Notes under the pieces: generated by a model
What the model saw: only the letters and a program-made list of their open reading frames with translations
Told to the model about the DNA's origin: nothing
Databases searched by the model: none
From: a virus
Strand: one strand, 5' to 3'
UHGV virus genome: UHGV-0169311
DNA: 45,203 nucleotides
In this document: positions 36,189 through 45,203 of the stretch, one piece after another
Numbering within the stretch: position 1 is the first letter of the stretch
Layout: the number at the start of each line of letters is the position of its first letter
Made by a program: the position numbers and the translations under genes

Positions 36189-36766
36189 TGACCCGCATTG
36201 AGCTTGGCGGCGTGCTCGGGAAAACATTCGGTAAAGTTCACCATCGCCTGATTTCCCGCGTGAACGAAGCGAGTGTTGCGCTGGCAAAGACTATACCGGG
36301 CTTTGAGCAGTTTATGATTTCCAGCCAACGCCGTGGTCTCACTTATTCAGTATTCAAAGGGAAAAAGAATATTGGTGTTGATGACCTGGGTTACCCGGTC
36401 ACCGGCGATGTCATTCGCATTGTCCCGGTGATTATCGGGAGCAAAAAGGCCGGATTACTCCAGACAATACTTGGTGCAGTTCTGGTTGCCGTTGGGGCGG
36501 TGCTTAATTTCACACCCTGGGCTGCGGCATCACCATTCTTATACAAATTCGGTGCCGCAATGATGATTGGCGGGGTTGTTCAGATGCTTTCCCCTCAACC
36601 AGCGGGGCTGGCCAGCAAACAGAGTTCAGATAACCGCGCCTCATACGCGTTCGGTGGAGTCACCAACACCGCCGCGCAGGGCTATCCGGTACCGCTTCTT
36701 TATGGTCGTCGGCAAATCGGCGGTGCGATTATTTCTGCCGGGATTTATGTCGAAGACCAGCAATAA
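36176..36766 (+). CDS. I: Tail assembly protein I
   Basis: 196 aa at the gpI position, Gly/Ala-rich hydrophobic middle region. Confidence 0.85.
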   Translation: MQEVMTRIELGGVLGKTFGKVHHRLISRVNEASVALAKTIPGFEQFMISSQRRGLTYSVFKGKKNIGVDDLGYPVTGDVIRIVPVIIGSKKAGLLQTILGAVLVAVGAVLNFTPWAAASPFLYKFGAAMMIGGVVQMLSPQPAGLASKQSSDNRASYAFGGVTNTAAQGYPVPLLYGRRQIGGAIISAGIYVEDQQ

Positions 36767-36782
36767 ATAAAAACCTCCTTTC

Positions 36783-36808
36783 AGGCCACCTCAGGGTGGC
36801 CTTTTTTA
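36783..36808 (+). other. Terminator-like RNA hairpin between I and J (GGCCACC-TCAG-GGTGGCC plus T-tract)
   Basis: Perfect 7-8-bp GC-rich stem followed by TTTTTT, 10 nt upstream of the J start. Confidence 0.4.
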
Positions 36809-36818
36809 TGGGCGCAAT

Positions 36819-39800
36819 ATGGCTACATCTACTCCGATTAGAGGCCGCAAGGGCGGCAGCTCCAGTTCACGCACCCCGACTGAACAACCAGACGATCTCC
36901 AGTCCGTAGCGAAAGCCAAAATTCTTGTTGCACTGGGAGAGGGCGAATTTGCAGGGCAGTTGACGGCGAAGGATATCTATCTCGATGGCACGCCACTGGA
37001 GAATGCAGACGGATCGCAAAACTTCAGTGGCGTGGCGTGGGAATTTCGTCCGGGGACTCAGGCACAAAAATATATTCAGGGTATCCCCGGCACAGAAAAT
37101 GAAATCAGCGTGGGCACCGAAGTGTCAAGCACCACCGGCTGGACACATACCTTTACCAACACGCAACTGTCAGCCGTTCGCCTGCGCCTCAAGTGGCCAT
37201 CGCTTTTTAAACAGGAGGATGATGGCGATCTGGTTGGCTATTCAATTAACTACGCTATTGATCTGCAGACCGATGGCGGCACCTGGCAGACGGTACTTAA
37301 TACCAGCGTAACCGGCAAGACAACTTCCGGCTACGAACGCAGCCATCGTATCGATTTACCACAGGCAGGCAGTACATGGACGGTGCGCCTGCGTAAGCTT
37401 ACGGCGGATGCCAACAGCGCGAAAATTGGCGACACGATGACGCTGCAGAGCTACACAGAGGTTATTGACGCCAAACTGCGTTATCCAAATACCGCGCTGC
37501 TGTACATCGAATTCGACTCAAGCCAGTTTAACGGCTCTATCCCGCAAATATCCTGCGAACCGCGAGGGCGTGTAATCCGCGTTCCGGATACGTATGACCC
37601 GGAGACCCGCACCTACAGCGGCACATGGACAGGGGCGTTTAAGTGGGCGTGGACGGATAATCCAGCCTGGATTTTTTACGATCTGGTGGTGAGCGACCGC
37701 TTTGGGCTGGGCAATCGCCTGACGGCGGCCAATATTGATAAATGGACGCTTTATCAGGTCGCGCAATATTGCGATCAGCCGGTTCCTGATGGTAAAGGCG
37801 GTAGCGGCACTGAGCCTCGCTATACCTGTAACGTGTACGTGCAGGAGAGGAATGACGCCTATACCGTGTTACGTGATTTTGCGGCGATATTCCGGGGCAT
37901 GACGTACTGGGGTGGCGATCAAATCGTTGCGCTGGCGGATATGCCCCGCGATGTGGATTACAGCTACACGCGTGCAAACGTGGTTAATGGGCGCTTTACC
38001 TATTCGGGCAGCACCACCAAAACCCGCTATACCACGGCACTGGTTTCCTGGTCCGATCCGGGTAATGCCTACGCGGATGCGATGGAGCCTGTATTTGAGC
38101 AGGATCTCGTTGCTCGCTTTGGCACAAATCAGCTCGAAATGACAGCCATTGGTTGTACCCGGCAGTCAGAGGCAAACCGCAAAGGACGTTGGGGTATCCT
38201 GACCAATAACAAGGATCGCATCGTGTCGTTCGATGTTGGTCTTGACGGTAAGATCCCACAGCCTGGTTATATCATCGCGGTTGCCGATGAGCTGCTTTCC
38301 GGAAAAGTGATGGGAGGGCGCATCAGCGCGGTTAACGGTCGCGTTATCACGCTTGATCGTGATTCGGCAGCCGCTCCCGGAAGCCGTCTGATGGTTAACC
38401 TTCCGTCCGGCGCATCGCAGAGCAGGACGATACAGAGCGTAAACGGGCGGGCCGTCACTGTGACAACGGCATACAGCGAAACACCTGCAGTGGAATCGGT
38501 GTGGATTGTCGAGTCTGAAGAGCTTTACGCGCAGCAATATCGCGTTATCAGCGTTACGGATAATAATGACGGAACGTATTCGATTGCTGGCGCTTTGCAC
38601 GATCCGGATAAATATGCGCGTATCGATACCGGTGCCATTATCGACCAGCGGCCAATAAGTGTAATTCCGCCCGGTAATCAGTCCCCGCCAGCTAATATCG
38701 CGATCAGTTCGTTTTCTGTCGTTCAGCAGAATATCAGCGTTGAGACCATGCGCGTCAGCTGGGACCAGGCGAAAAATGCTATCGCGTATGAGGCACAGTG
38801 GCGTCGCAATGACGGGAACTGGGTGAATGTGCCGCGCAGCTCCACCACGTCATTCGATGTTCCGGGGATTTATGCAGGACGCTACCTGGTTCGCGTGCGT
38901 GCCATCAATGCCGCCGAAATTTCATCTGGGTGGGGCTATTCAGAAGAGAAAACGTTGACGGGTAAAGTGGGAAACCCACCGAAGCCGGTTGGCTTCATCG
39001 CTTCTGAAAACGTGGTATTCGGTATCGAGCTGAACTGGGGATTCCCGGCGAATACCGAAGACACGCTGAAGACGGAAATTCAGTACAGCCTGACCGGTAG
39101 CGAAGATGATGCAATGCTGCTGGCCGATGTGCCTTATCCGCAGCGCAAATATCAGCAGATGGGTCTTAAGGCAGGGCAGATTTTCTGGTATCGCGCGCAA
39201 CTGGTCGACAGAACGGGAAACGAGTCCGGGTATACCGACTGGGTGCGAGGTCAGGCCAGCATCGATGTTTCCGATATCACCGATGTGATCCTGGAGGAGA
39301 TCAAAGACTCCGCTACGTTTAAAGATCTGATTGAGAGCGCAGTGGACAGCAATGAAAAAATTGCTGGCATGGCTGACGAAATCAAAAACCATGCCGACGA
39401 GCTGGAGCAGCAGGCGAAAGATATACAGGAAAACGCTGACGGGCTGGCGCAGGCGGCGGTAAAAATCGATGAGATTTCCGTTTCAATGGACGGTATGACA
39501 GGAGGCGTGAAGAATTCGGCAATTGCGATAATCCAGAATGGGCTGGCGCAGGTTGTCAGTCGTCGTTCCCAGACAGCAACAAACGCCGGGAACAGTGCCA
39601 GTATAGACAGAGTGGATACTACGATTGCCGATACCAGCCAGGCGGTCGCACGCGCGCTGGTCACACTGGATGCAGAAGCTGGTGGCAATATCTCTAACTC
39701 AACGGACCTGACAGAAACTCTTGCTGATTTCACCCAGGCTTCGGCAACAAAAATCAACACTCTGACTGTTAAATCAGGCGAAAACAGTGCAGCGATAAAC

Positions 39801-40274
39801 GTCAACGCACAGGCTATAGCAGATGTAAACGGTAACCTCAGCGCGATGTATAACATCAAGGTGGGGGTGTCCAGTAACGGGCAGTATTACGCTGCCGGGA
39901 TGGGTATTGGGGTTCAAAATACACCCTCCGGCATGCAGTCACAGGTAATCTTCCTGGCAGACCGTTTCGCCGTGACTACTATGGTCGGCGGGACTGTAAC
40001 ACTGCCGTTCGTTATCCAGAATGGCCAGGCCATTATCAGGGATACAGTCATTGGCGACGGGACCATAAGCAATGCAAAAATTGGCAATTACATCCAGTCG
40101 AACAATTATGTTGCCGGCTCTGTTGGCTGGAAACTGGATAAGTCCGGGACGTTTGAGAACTACGGTTCGACAGCTGGGGAGGGAGCCATGAAGCAGACCA
40201 ACCAGACAATCAGCGTCAAGGATGGCAACAACGTTCTGAGAGTGCAGGTTGGCCGATTAACGGGGGTGTTCTGA
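36819..40274 (+). CDS. J: Central tail fibre / host specificity protein J
   Basis: 1151 aa; N-terminal two thirds colinear with lambda gpJ (YTEVIDAK.RYPNTAL ...); C-terminal third divergent. Confidence 0.9.
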   Translation: MATSTPIRGRKGGSSSSRTPTEQPDDLQSVAKAKILVALGEGEFAGQLTAKDIYLDGTPLENADGSQNFSGVAWEFRPGTQAQKYIQGIPGTENEISVGTEVSSTTGWTHTFTNTQLSAVRLRLKWPSLFKQEDDGDLVGYSINYAIDLQTDGGTWQTVLNTSVTGKTTSGYERSHRIDLPQAGSTWTVRLRKLTADANSAKIGDTMTLQSYTEVIDAKLRYPNTALLYIEFDSSQFNGSIPQISCEPRGRVIRVPDTYDPETRTYSGTWTGAFKWAWTDNPAWIFYDLVVSDRFGLGNRLTAANIDKWTLYQVAQYCDQPVPDGKGGSGTEPRYTCNVYVQERNDAYTVLRDFAAIFRGMTYWGGDQIVALADMPRDVDYSYTRANVVNGRFTYSGSTTKTRYTTALVSWSDPGNAYADAMEPVFEQDLVARFGTNQLEMTAIGCTRQSEANRKGRWGILTNNKDRIVSFDVGLDGKIPQPGYIIAVADELLSGKVMGGRISAVNGRVITLDRDSAAAPGSRLMVNLPSGASQSRTIQSVNGRAVTVTTAYSETPAVESVWIVESEELYAQQYRVISVTDNNDGTYSIAGALHDPDKYARIDTGAIIDQRPISVIPPGNQSPPANIAISSFSVVQQNISVETMRVSWDQAKNAIAYEAQWRRNDGNWVNVPRSSTTSFDVPGIYAGRYLVRVRAINAAEISSGWGYSEEKTLTGKVGNPPKPVGFIASENVVFGIELNWGFPANTEDTLKTEIQYSLTGSEDDAMLLADVPYPQRKYQQMGLKAGQIFWYRAQLVDRTGNESGYTDWVRGQASIDVSDITDVILEEIKDSATFKDLIESAVDSNEKIAGMADEIKNHADELEQQAKDIQENADGLAQAAVKIDEISVSMDGMTGGVKNSAIAIIQNGLAQVVSRRSQTATNAGNSASIDRVDTTIADTSQAVARALVTLDAEAGGNISNSTDLTETLADFTQASATKINTLTVKSGENSAAINVNAQAIADVNGNLSAMYNIKVGVSSNGQYYAAGMGIGVQNTPSGMQSQVIFLADRFAVTTMVGGTVTLPFVIQNGQAIIRDTVIGDGTISNAKIGNYIQSNNYVAGSVGWKLDKSGTFENYGSTAGEGAMKQTNQTISVKDGNNVLRVQVGRLTGVF

Positions 40275-40275
40275 T

Positions 40276-40578
40276 ATGGCTTATGGAATACAGACCTGGG
40301 ATGCTTCGGGAAACCCCAACAACTACGGAATCAAGCCCGTTTCCGTTGTTGGACGTATACAACTTGCCGCCGGACAAAACTCCGGCAGCTGGTCTTTCAC
40401 TGTACCCTCAGGAATGAAGGTCGGTTTTGCGCTCTCACTTGATGAAGGAGGTAACAGCGTAGGGAGGAGCATTGTCGCGTCAGGGAACACAATAACCGTA
40501 ACCGCAGCCTCTTCTGTGGGCCTGGGTAATTACCCGGCCTCTAAATGTGAGGTGGTCGTTTTCATGGAGAAAGCATAA
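40276..40578 (+). CDS. Hypothetical protein (post-J)
   Basis: 100 aa, starts 2 nt after the J stop; shares a WDASG motif with the next ORF. Confidence 0.5.
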   Translation: MAYGIQTWDASGNPNNYGIKPVSVVGRIQLAAGQNSGSWSFTVPSGMKVGFALSLDEGGNSVGRSIVASGNTITVTAASSVGLGNYPASKCEVVVFMEKA

Positions 40579-41252
40579 TGGCCGAATTTGGCGCGATGAT
40601 ATTAATGGATAACGGGAATCCCTTTGTAACGCCACAATCAACGCCTTTCTGTCTTTACGGGAAGTATACCTTCAATTCATCCGCGAATGGCAGTTCTCAG
40701 CAGGTTGCTCAAAATATCGCTTTAAACGCTGATTACCCAGTGATGGTTTTTATCAAAACCACCAATACAGCACAGCCCACTCCGGTTATGTCTTACAGGA
40801 ACGGCGGTAATGTGTATGTTGCTGGTGTTAATCCCTACAACCAAAGTTTCACTTTAACGGCGTACGTTTTTGCCATATTCCCGCAGATATTACCGAAATG
40901 GGGTTTGGCAATATGGGATGCGAGCGGAAAGCTTGTGTTAACTAATGAGTCCCGTGTGCTATCAGACCTGCAGACGGTTGGCACGCCTGGTGCAAACGGC
41001 GGGATAAATATTGACCAGACGCTGAGCGGGTCATGGGCCGTTGCACCTGCTCAGTTGGGTCAGACCATCATTGTGAATAATTCAACCCAGCCTCCGACTA
41101 TCTACACGATAAATGCTTATTCTTCATGCAGGTTTGACGGGGCCAATACGAGGATAAACGCAGGGGGGACCTCCACTGGGGCAGGTTCACCTGGAGGGGG
41201 AACGAATACTGGCATTTCATTAACCGCCATAAATACAGCGGCCTATGATTGA
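40578..41252 (+). CDS. Hypothetical protein (post-J)
   Basis: 224 aa, start overlaps the upstream stop; Gly/Thr/Asn-rich. Confidence 0.5.
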   Translation: MAEFGAMILMDNGNPFVTPQSTPFCLYGKYTFNSSANGSSQQVAQNIALNADYPVMVFIKTTNTAQPTPVMSYRNGGNVYVAGVNPYNQSFTLTAYVFAIFPQILPKWGLAIWDASGKLVLTNESRVLSDLQTVGTPGANGGINIDQTLSGSWAVAPAQLGQTIIVNNSTQPPTIYTINAYSSCRFDGANTRINAGGTSTGAGSPGGGTNTGISLTAINTAAYD

Positions 41253-41290
41253 TTGATCGTTTTTAGCGATCAATAACATAATATTGATCT
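41252..41290. promoter_or_regulatory. Cluster of three GATC sites within TTGAT/ATCAA palindromes upstream of the lipoprotein gene
   Basis: GATC at ~41255, 41268, 41286; inverted repeat ATTGATCG-N7-CGATCAAT. Confidence 0.3.
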
Positions 41291-41363
41291 ATCCAATCAA
41301 TTATACCCACCAGAATTGTATTGGTATCGTCTAAGATACTGAATTCCTCTGGATACTATCAAA

Positions 41364-41597
41364 ATGAGAAAACTGATTATCTGCATGGCAGGCGCTGTCA
41401 TGCTTACAGGATGCGCTGGCGTAATTGAGAAACAGGAACCAGTTTGCAGCGGCACTGCAATCGTTGGCGGTCAGGAAACTACGGTTCAGATTTACGGTGT
41501 GCGTAAACAAAACAACCAGACGCAGTACCGGGCTGGATATCCTTTCAGCTGGCGCTGGGTAAGTGCGAATACATTTACCGAAACAACCTGCAAATAA
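41364..41597 (+). CDS. Small lipoprotein, Cor-like (superinfection exclusion candidate)
   Basis: Signal peptide with lipobox LTGC; size and post-J position as for Cor of phi80/HK022-type phages; motif QNNQTQYRAGYPFSWRWVSANTFTETTC recalled as Cor-like (uncertain). Confidence 0.45.
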   Translation: MRKLIICMAGAVMLTGCAGVIEKQEPVCSGTAIVGGQETTVQIYGVRKQNNQTQYRAGYPFSWRWVSANTFTETTCK

Positions 41598-41616
41598 CCC
41601 ACTACGCTTAAACATA

Positions 41617-41641
41617 AACCTCGCTCCGGCGGGGTTTTTTT
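41617..41641 (+). terminator. Rho-independent terminator (AACCUCGC-UCCG-GCGGGGUU plus U-tract)
   Basis: Stem with one G-U pair, followed by TTTTTTT; third occurrence of the CCTCGC/GCGGGG stem. Confidence 0.6.
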
Positions 41642-41657
41642 ATTGCCTGGAGAAAAT

Positions 41658-43061
41658 ATGCTTTATAACACCGGCACCATCGCCATTAATGGAAATACCG
41701 CCACCGGGACGGGTACAAACTGGACGGCACCGGCCAGCCAGGTCCGCGCTGGCCAGACGATTATCGTGATGTCTAACCCGGTGCAGCTGTTTCAGATTTC
41801 ATCCGTGAACAGCGCCACGTCAATGACGGTTACTCCAGCTGCTTCCCCGGCGCTGAGCGGCCAGAAGTATGGAATTCTTGTGTCGGACATTATCTCGGTC
41901 GACGGACTGGCACAGGCCATGTCTCAGCTCATCAATGAGTATGACGAGAATATCGGTGCGTGGGAAACGTTCGCCACCACCTCAGCAAACCAAAGCATCA
42001 CAGTTACCATCAACGGCACCGCCGTAACCATCCCAGGCATCGGTAAACTTGCGCAGAAAGGGAGCAATGGTGCGCTTGCAATCGCTGACGGCGGGACCGG
42101 GGCAACGAAGGCAGAAGACGCTCGCACAAACCTCGGTTTAGGCACATTCGTTACCCAGGAAGATCAGAGCATCGTCTATGGCCCGTCGCGGGATCATGCG
42201 CTTGTCGTACGAAAAGACGAATGGGGCGTCGTTGTTTCGGATAATGGTAATCCGGTACCACTCGGAACCCGTTATGGCGGAACGGGGGCAACCACCGGAG
42301 ATTACTGGGGAGCCTGTACTAACATTGGAGCCATAAGACAAAAGACAGCACGGTTTGTGCCTGGTGATACACCGACGAACATTTACTGGAAAAACAGTAC
42401 CGGCTTCATTACTGGCCAGGTTGAAGGTGGAGCCTTAGGGGCATGGATTGATATTACCTCTGCCGATGAAGCCGCCCGAATGCAGCTAATAGGTTTTTAT
42501 GACGACAATAATGGTAAACGTGGGTTCGGTTATAAGGTTTATAACCCCAACTCTCAGTCCTGGTACAATCTCGCCGTAGTGCGTGATACAAGCAACACAA
42601 CCGTAGATAGCAACGGGTTTATCAAAATCGCGTCACCAATTGTGAAGATTTACGGTGACGGACGATATGAAACTAACGATGAATCAGAAGGTGTTACGGT
42701 CACTCGTCTGGATGTAGGCCAATATCTCATTGATGGGTGTGAATCACTCAATTCAGACGCTGCCTGGGGCGGTATCGACGGAGGGTTTGAGATTCCCACA
42801 GACCGGAATAAACAACCGCTGATTTGGCTGGATTATGAGGTTAATGCCGATGGTTCTGTGTTGGTCAAAACCTATCACCGTACCCACCCTGACGCACCAG
42901 CGTTCGCCAGAAACGAACAGGACGGCGTGAGTAATGGCGATCCAGTCGACATTCCGCGCGACCAGTTTGTGTCCGTTCGTGTCGAAATGCCTGCTGATTC
43001 TTTATACAACCAAAAGCTCAGAGCCGCAGAGCAGGCCCTCATTACAGATACAGGTGAATAA
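41658..43061 (+). CDS. Tail fibre protein (constant part)
   Basis: Start MLYNTGTIAINGNTATG (track ORF from 41643); contains the fibre motif GGTGATKAEDARTNLGLG; its stop lies 3 nt before the left inverted repeat. Confidence 0.65.
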   Translation: MLYNTGTIAINGNTATGTGTNWTAPASQVRAGQTIIVMSNPVQLFQISSVNSATSMTVTPAASPALSGQKYGILVSDIISVDGLAQAMSQLINEYDENIGAWETFATTSANQSITVTINGTAVTIPGIGKLAQKGSNGALAIADGGTGATKAEDARTNLGLGTFVTQEDQSIVYGPSRDHALVVRKDEWGVVVSDNGNPVPLGTRYGGTGATTGDYWGACTNIGAIRQKTARFVPGDTPTNIYWKNSTGFITGQVEGGALGAWIDITSADEAARMQLIGFYDDNNGKRGFGYKVYNPNSQSWYNLAVVRDTSNTTVDSNGFIKIASPIVKIYGDGRYETNDESEGVTVTRLDVGQYLIDGCESLNSDAAWGGIDGGFEIPTDRNKQPLIWLDYEVNADGSVLVKTYHRTHPDAPAFARNEQDGVSNGDPVDIPRDQFVSVRVEMPADSLYNQKLRAAEQALITDTGE

Positions 43062-43063
43062 AG

Positions 43064-43089
43064 GTCGGTTTAGGAAACAGCGCTACGAG
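43064..43089. repeat. Left inverted repeat / crossover region of the invertible segment
   Basis: gtcggtttaggaaacagcgctacgag is the exact reverse complement of the right repeat; contains a gix/hix-like half site (TTTCCTAAACCGAC on the complementary strand). Confidence 0.75.
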
Positions 43090-43114
43090 GGACGTTGGAT
43101 CAGCAGCGGGAACA

Positions 43115-43771
43115 GTGGCCGCTGGCGATGATTCTCGCCTCGGTACGGTGAACGGAAAGACCGGGGGGCAACTTACAACAGCATCGATTTATACAGGTGC
43201 GAGCACGCAAAATGCAAATAACCGAGTAGGTATGCAGTCCATTGCCGCTAATTCGGTTGGTGGTCCTGTTGGCCGAACAACCTTTCAATATTTTAATGAC
43301 ACAGGATATGTGGGTGCTACGAGAGGCGGCGGTTACTTAATCCAGGATATCCGTATAGGTATAGATAAAACTGACGGTACATGGGTTACCTGGTCATTTG
43401 ATTATGGCGGAAATGCGACAGCTAACAATGGCGCCTGGGTCAATAATTCCGACCGTCGTATTAAAACAAATACCAGGCCGATTGAATCTCCGCTTGAAAA
43501 AATGAAGATGTTACGTGGCTATACATGGGAACGACTGGATAACGCACCTCCTGGCCAGGGGTTTATCGCGCAGGAGCTGATGGAAGTGATACCGACGGCT
43601 GTTTTCATCGGCGGCACAACCATCCTTGATGACGGGACACAGATTGAAGATACATTATCGGTCGATGTAGCAGGTGCGGCCGCAGCACTTCACCACGAAG
43701 CCATGCTGGCATTGATGGAAAAAGTTGAAGAACTAACCGAAAAATTCGAGGCGTTGCAGGCGGGTAGCTAA
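43115..43771 (+). CDS. Fibre-tip cassette A with C-terminal intramolecular chaperone (peptidase S74-like)
   Basis: Track ORF (GTG). Motif SDRRIKTNTRP ... MLRGYTWERLD ... GFIAQELMEVIP typical of S74 auto-cleaving chaperone domains; reading frame is open from 43058 with no ATG. Confidence 0.55.
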   Translation: MAAGDDSRLGTVNGKTGGQLTTASIYTGASTQNANNRVGMQSIAANSVGGPVGRTTFQYFNDTGYVGATRGGGYLIQDIRIGIDKTDGTWVTWSFDYGGNATANNGAWVNNSDRRIKTNTRPIESPLEKMKMLRGYTWERLDNAPPGQGFIAQELMEVIPTAVFIGGTTILDDGTQIEDTLSVDVAGAAAALHHEAMLALMEKVEELTEKFEALQAGS

Positions 43772-43775
43772 ATAA

Positions 43776-44570
43776 TTACTTGGCCAGTAAAAAATTATCT
43801 ACCTGTGTTTTAAGGCTATCAATCTTGACCATGAGAGCAAGGATCGCTTCATGGTGAAGAGCTGCCGCCACGCCGAACGTATCAACAGATTTTACATCCT
43901 CAATTTCTGAGCCATCTCGTAAGGTTGTTTTTCCATATGATTTCACTGCGTCAGGGAAAACCTTCTCAACTTCCTGGGCTATGAATCCATACCCGTGCGC
44001 AGGGGTATCGAGGCGGTCACATTCGACGCCTCGAAGCTGCTGCATTTTCATTAGCGGATCAGCGATTACCGTAACATTTTCTTTGATGCGTTCATCAGAT
44101 GCTGTTACCCAATTGCCTGTGGCAGCGCCATTTGAATGGAAAACCCAAGTGACCATCCCTTCCTGATTCGACCCTTTCAGGTTTAGTGTGACATTATCAA
44201 AATTAGCCCCGCCACCACGGGCTCCCCCGAAAGACCATTCTCCTGTATACCAGGTGCCTTTGATGAGGTTGACGTAATTACCTGTATTCGGGTTATAGCC
44301 ACTGGCCACGACCAGGCTGATGCCGTTATTCATCAATCCACCGCCACCATTATCCCCAGAATTGATGGCAAATCCGGGGTTACCGTTAATCCCTGGCTGG
44401 ACTGTAATTGGGCTCGTAATTTTCCCACCCACTTTCTGATCGACAGAATTGAGCCGTGAATCATCGCCGGCGGCGACCGTTCCCGCCGCTGCGCCAACGT
44501 CTCTCGTAGCGCTGTTTCCTAAACCGACGTTTAATAGATTGCCACGGGGCGGCCTGGCCGATAACTTCAC
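43776..44570 (-). CDS. Fibre-tip cassette B with C-terminal intramolecular chaperone (peptidase S74-like)
   Basis: Motif SDERIKENVTV ... LRGVECDRLD ... GFIAQEVEKVFP; shares the repeat-encoded VGLGNSATRD ... AAGDDSRL N-terminal block with cassette A; its GTG start lies outside the segment on the invertase side. Confidence 0.55.
   Translation of the reverse strand: MKLSARPPRGNLLNVGLGNSATRDVGAAAGTVAAGDDSRLNSVDQKVGGKITSPITVQPGINGNPGFAINSGDNGGGGLMNNGISLVVASGYNPNTGNYVNLIKGTWYTGEWSFGGARGGGANFDNVTLNLKGSNQEGMVTWVFHSNGAATGNWVTASDERIKENVTVIADPLMKMQQLRGVECDRLDTPAHGYGFIAQEVEKVFPDAVKSYGKTTLRDGSEIEDVKSVDTFGVAAALHHEAILALMVKIDSLKTQVDNFLLAK
44503..44528. repeat. Right inverted repeat / crossover region of the invertible segment
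   Basis: ctcgtagcgctgtttcctaaaccgac; coordinates +/- 1 nt. Confidence 0.7.
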
Positions 44571-44604
44571 CTGATTTTTTTGCAGAATTTATAGGGTGAA
44601 AAAT

Positions 44605-45153
44605 ATGCAAATTGGCTATGTCAGAGTGTCAACAAATGACCAAAATACAGATCTCCAGCGCCAAGCTCTCGAACGCGCAGGATGTGAACAGGTTTTTGAA
44701 GAAAAAATGAGCGGGACGGTAGCGAACCGGCCAGCGCTCAAAAAGCTTCTGCGGACTCTGAATGCGGGCGATACACTGGTGGTGTGGAAGCTGGACAGGA
44801 TAGGCCGCAACGTTCTGCATGCGCTGTTGATGTTCCAGCAGTTACAGGAAAAGGGTATCAACTTCCGCAGTATTACCGATGGCGTGGATCTCAAAACAGC
44901 CAGCGGCCGCTATAACTTTCGTAACATCCTTTCCGCAGCACAATATGAATCTGATCTTAATAGCGAACGTACCTTAGCAGGGCTGGCCGTAGCCAGGGCA
45001 AAATGGCGAGTTGGTGGTCGCAGGCCTAAGTTCACGGATGAGCAATGGCGGGAAATGGGGGAGCGGATGGCAACCGGTGAATCACGACAAAGCGTATCAA
45101 AAACGTATGGAGTAGGGCTCTCAACTCTGTATAAAAAGTTTCCAGCTAGCTGA
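44605..45153 (+). CDS. DNA invertase (serine recombinase, Gin/Pin/Hin family)
   Basis: MQIGYVRVSTNDQNTDLQRQALERAGCE matches the Gin/Pin N-terminus with the catalytic Ser in VRVSTNDQ; C-terminal HTH. Track ORF starts at an upstream GTG (44596). Confidence 0.9.
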   Translation: MQIGYVRVSTNDQNTDLQRQALERAGCEQVFEEKMSGTVANRPALKKLLRTLNAGDTLVVWKLDRIGRNVLHALLMFQQLQEKGINFRSITDGVDLKTASGRYNFRNILSAAQYESDLNSERTLAGLAVARAKWRVGGRRPKFTDEQWREMGERMATGESRQSVSKTYGVGLSTLYKKFPAS

Positions 45154-45203
45154 TAACGGGAAAGAAACAGAGAAGGGCACAAATATTGTGTACTTTAATG
45201 TGC

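Larger units (their letters stand above)
43064..44528. other. Invertible DNA segment (~1.46 kb) carrying two convergent fibre-tip cassettes
   Basis: Flanked by 26-bp perfect inverted repeats with ~55 bp of further ~80% inverted homology inside; adjacent Gin/Pin-type invertase gene. Confidence 0.6.

Noticed and set aside
1-45203. CRISPR arrays, rRNA or tRNA genes, insertion sequences or transposases.
   Set aside because: No regularly spaced direct repeats with unique spacers, no rRNA-like stretches, and no transposase-like ORF were seen. The only site-specific recombinases are the phage integrase and the fibre invertase.

Overview
The window is an almost complete lambdoid prophage from an enterobacterial host, in lambda-like gene order. 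Left to right: P4-type integrase; a leftward early operon with Xis-like, Bet-like annealase and RecE-like exonuclease genes; an immunity region with two tandem HTH repressor paralogs, operator-like palindromes and Cro-like/YdaT-like genes; replication genes O (with internal iterons) and P; a nin-like region with a LexA-box/dinI module and RusA; a Q-like antiterminator; a pinholin/SAR-endolysin/Rz/Rz1 lysis cassette; a cos site; and a lambda-like packaging, head and tail block (Nu1, A, W, B, C, D, E, FI, FII, Z, U, V, G/T, H, M, L, K, I, J). It ends with a tail-fibre gene, an invertible segment carrying two alternative fibre-tip cassettes, and a Gin/Pin-family invertase. Cargo sits at the three classic lambda moron slots: a hicA-hicB-acidic-ORF operon at the rex position, an AT-rich HEPN-like gene at the bor position, and a Cor-like lipoprotein plus the invertible segment after J. 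These are the best candidates for an undescribed system. All calls rest on reading the translations and on remembered lambda and toxin-antitoxin sequences; no search was run. Hand-derived coordinates of small motifs may be off by 1-2 nt.
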